Source: Anthoceros angustus
Lineage: Eukaryota; Plantae; Anthocerotophyta
Direction of reading: 5' to 3'
DNA length: 64,000 nucleotides
Assembly (NCBI GenBank): GCA_010909165.1
Contig: MU008189.1
Location: 434,001 to 498,000 of the forward strand
Below the pieces are notes generated by a model that did no database searches, had not been told where the DNA came from, and saw nothing but the letters and a program-made list of their open reading frames with translations. Both the position numbers and the translations under genes were made by a program. Below are positions 60,513 to 64,000 of this stretch, piece after piece; positions within the stretch are counted from its first letter, which is position 1, and each line of letters opens with the position of its first letter.

Positions 60513-61627
60513 TCAGAGCTTGGCCGGTTTGGGGAAAAGACTGGGTGTCCACTTCATGGCTATGGCTAGATTTCCCTTGATAGTCATCTTGCCCCTGAAC
60601 ACAAATGAAACAAAACCGATATTCAGGAGCAATCCCGAAGTGGCCATTTCGAGAATGAGGAACTTGAGTAGGCATCAACATGTGGGATTTAAGCACGTAC
60701 GTCAGGAAATCAGTTTGAGGATTCCTTTTCCCCGCAGCAGCTGCAACAAAGTCGGCGTCCACAAACCCGAAGGTGGCATCAGGTTGGATGTCGGGGCGAT
60801 CACCTGCAAGGAAGTAGCCATGTCATGAGCCCGCACTTTGTGTGAGGTAGATACGGGCAAACTACACAGAAATACCTTTGTAGACATCGAGGTTCTTCAG
60901 GTCAACAATAAAGGTCTGCTCAGCCACTCCTAGCTTCTGCTTGAACCAAATAATCGTTAGGATTCGGACACGGAAAAAATGTGCATCCCTGCTGCCAGAT
61001 TCAAATCCTTTCAGACGGACAGGAATAGACTAGGAAGCGGTCACGGGCAGCACGCAGAGTCGGGACTCAGGGAGAGAAGGGAACTTCAACACGCACAAAC
61101 AAAAGACCCTATGTCTTCTTGACGGGTCAACTAGTTGCGGTGAAAGGCAAAAAAACCGACACCAAGCACGAGAACTCGGCATTTATCGACGTACAAAACA
61201 GCCAATCCAGATCGCGCTGTCACATGTTGAGGCAGGCAAACACAAATTCGTACCAAGAAATTCCATTCCCGTTCCAAAGATGCGGACCACTGGATCAAGC
61301 CACAACCGCTGCGGAGCAACACGCATTTCTCTAAACTACCTCCAGCAAACCATCCGAGCTACCAGAAACTCGAGGTCCAAAACAGCTCCAATTACACAGC
61401 TACCGGTCCGCAATCCACCGAGCAAGCACTCCAACTGCAACTTCACAGCCAAAGCAAGAGAGATAGCGGACCTTGGGAGAGATTTTGAAGGCGTAAACAT
61501 GACCATTCTTCTTGGCCACCTCCTTGCCTTGCTCAGACTTCAGGTGCGACCGCATCATGTCAAACAGCGGCTCGGACTTGAGTTGCACGGCGTTCCTCCC
61601 ATGCTTCTTCTCGCCTGCGTCCGCCAT
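60513..61627 (-). CDS. SCP2: Sterol carrier protein-2 (peroxisomal), 4 exons
   Basis: Spliced: QLKSEPLFDMMRSHLKSEQGKEVAKK...YAFKISPK / KLGVAEQTFIVDLK / PDATFGFVDADFV...GKRNPQTDFLT / GKMTIKGNLAIAMKWTPSLFPKPAKL*, ending in a PTS1 (AKL). Confidence 0.92.
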
Positions 61628-62084
61628 CGCTTCTCGCCCGCTATGCTCGTTACCTGCTCTTTACCGTCACAGCTCTTGCCGGACTCTCCGTTTCCTCCAA
61701 CACTACTCCCACTCCTCTGCACCGCTCTATATTACACTTTCGCACAAAGGCCAAGACGTGGCAAACTGTCTTCGGAGTTTCAGCCGTGATCATCTTATCA
61801 CCCTTCTCCCGTGATCATCTCATCATCCCTCTACATCCTAAGTCAAGTCACTCGGCACTCTCCGGCGATAATAATAATCTACGGCGTGGAAGCAGCACCC
61901 CGAGCAATCATATTCACTTTCTTGCAAACCCTGTTCACACTAAGGTATGCAAAACTTCTGGTTCCACATGCAGACCCGAGACCCCCGCCACCCGCGGCTT
62001 GTGCCCCTCACCAAGCCCATGCCAGGAGCTTCAACGCGCCCACGCTCCGGATCGCCGAAGTAGATCGTCGTTTGCAAAGCTTCG

Positions 62085-62686
62085 CTACTGCGGGGATGGC
62101 GGGATGAGATTCACCAGGACGCAGAACAACGCCAGGACTGCGATAGCAGCGTAGAGCAGAAAATCGGCACTTCCAAATGCGTTCAGCACGCGATCCGCAC
62201 CCTCACCCATCTCATACTGGCCACCCCTGACAGCGCCACCCCACTGCAACGCACACAATCAGATGCTTGCTAAGGCAGGAAGAGATGCAGAATGCGGAGT
62301 GGCTATGCACGGACTTCGGTTAACCGAGGGCCCCCGGATTCGCTCCTTGGATCACCATCGGGAGCCCTAAGGTCGGGAGATGGTGGTGCGGGAGCTGCAT
62401 CCCCCTTGCTGTAGCTCAGCCAGGCTTCGTCCCAGTCCCTCTCCTCCCTGGAACGCCCTACGCCCCCATCGCCCCCTGCGCCAGGACAAGACAAGACAAG
62501 ACATGATGAATCCGGCCATGACCTGGTGGACATCATGCACCGCCAATCAGCAAGCAACCACACTTCCACACCAGCCTCGTCCGATCTGCCGTCAGAGACG
62601 CATCGCGGTCGCAGGCCGGAGCGACGCCGTTGCTGCATCCTGGTCTTCAGAACAAGGAATCCATTCCTTCCTGCCAAGACAGGCAT
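62085..62686 (-). CDS. Small hypothetical protein with C-terminal transmembrane helix, probably plastid-targeted
   Basis: Arg-rich N-terminus, RDWDEAWLSY motif, and last exon ...DRVLNAFGSADFLLYAAIAVLALFCVLVNLIPPSPQ*. Exon boundaries inferred. Confidence 0.5.
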
Positions 62687-62959
62687 CCATCACTTCCACG
62701 GCCATGGTCCGCCATGGATGGCTACAAAGACAGGTGAATCCCAACCCACCCCGCAAGGTGTCTAGCTACCTGTTGCCAAGAAGCCAGGGTTGAGGGACTC
62801 CGACACTGCCGGGAAGCAGGGGACAAGATGCATCCCTGTCAAGGATGGAGGCATTTGCACTTTGCAGGCACCAACGCAACGGTCTTCCCGGAAGTCGACA
62901 GGTAGTTCGGAAGCAACACCTTCACACCCACCGGCTGACAGAGATGGTCACCCTACTGC

Positions 62960-64000
62960 CTTGTTAGACGATCGACATCTGTTCTACGCGATTTGTGGAT
63001 GTCCTTGCCTCTCTCTCTATGGGGTTCAGCACAGATATGAAGGGCTCGGGGACCATTTGGCAAATTGGCAGTGGTTCGCGAAAGCAAATCAAACGCCTGG
63101 ATTTGGCGGTGAGCGGGAGCTCCTTCAAGCTCTTGGGCAGCCACCATGACGGCATTTCTGCAACCGCAGCCGTATCTTCTGTGTCCCTGCTATATCCGGC
63201 CAGCACAGCTGCCAGATTCTCTCATCTCTACGATGTTTGCACTCATCGTCCTACACGGAGGAGCGTCTCGGCACCCACAGCCTCCAGCACTTGCATAGCA
63301 GGTGCAATCTGATAGCGGCCTCCAGAACTGCACACCTTGCATGAGCTGCTGTAGCTCCATGTGGAGTGGTGAATCCAGGCCCACCTCGCCGGCTATCAGA
63401 TAGTAAAGGATACAGGTATTAGCTTCCAGAATAAATCCTTCTTTTCTGGGATTGCGCAAGGGACGTGCTCTCCTTCCAAGAGATTTTGTTCTGGAAGGAC
63501 CCGGCCGACCTCCATGCGTCTGCGTGGCCAGATTTCAGTAAACAACGTTATTTGTACACAGGCAGCGGAGCTCGCTGGAAATCGAGAGGCAACTTCTTCG
63601 TCCTCTTCGTCCTGGCTCCGATCGGTGTGCTAAACATTTGAGGGTGGGGAAGTGGCCCTCCGTCAGTCTTGGGTTCCACAGACTCCATTTTTGTTAGTCT
63701 GACAGGTGACGTACAGATTGCACGTTGCCCAGGGAAATGTGCAGCTTGTCCTGGCGGCTCCGGAGTTCGTGGCTGGATAGCCATAGCCTTTGTGGGTTTT
63801 TGCGGTTGGGGGAATAAGAGGGAGTATTCTAGGATGAGAGTGGGAAGTTCTGTGGGGTCGCATTCTGCTGCATGATCTCGAGCTTCGGCAGGATTCTACA
63901 GGAGCGCAACAGGGCTAGGCCTTGTGGACATGCACACGGGTGTGCTTGTGCCAGATGCTATTGTTTGTGAATGAGCACTGGGGGTTATCCTGCACCCAAG
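62960..64000 (-). other. Possible exons of an unidentified gene entering from the right edge
   Basis: Several protein-like minus-strand frames (63548-63784, 63190-63459, 62964-63206) with no recognisable motif. Confidence 0.2.

Overview
This is eukaryotic nuclear DNA from a compact green-plant genome: GT-AG introns of about 60-130 nt, GC-rich exons and plant-type gene families, which suggests a streptophyte alga or bryophyte-grade plant (inferred). Recognisable host genes, left to right: MCCA (5' part, -), CDC26 (-), catalase (+), a PPR-SMR protein (-), two hypothetical organelle-targeted proteins (+), a RAY1-like GT77 glycosyltransferase (+), a head-to-head pair of plant BCS1-like AAA ATPases, UTP15 (-), a plastid class-I aldolase (-), two secreted LRR proteins with pseudogene fragments between them (-), SCP2 (-) and a small membrane protein (-). 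Three repeat-rich blocks separate them: 5.1-9.9 kb (hAT remnant), 29.3-33 kb and 36-49 kb. Top candidates: (1) CDC26 ends only 88 nt before the MCCA start codon on the same strand, suggesting a CDC26-MCCA bicistronic mRNA instead of the known plant CDC26-TTM3 arrangement. (2) A prokaryote-type beta-class N4-cytosine/N6-adenine DNA methyltransferase fragment lies in the transposon-like block, with a diverged inverted paralog and palindromic repeat arrays nearby. (3) A broken MACPF plus Vps62/beta-tripod toxin-like gene sits next to transmembrane-less LRR proteins. (4) An AT-rich orphan gene family has several copies. Several tandem duplications and one four-junction mosaic carry many 1-3 nt indels and may be long-read assembly artefacts. 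All family assignments come from motifs recognised by eye; no database search was run.
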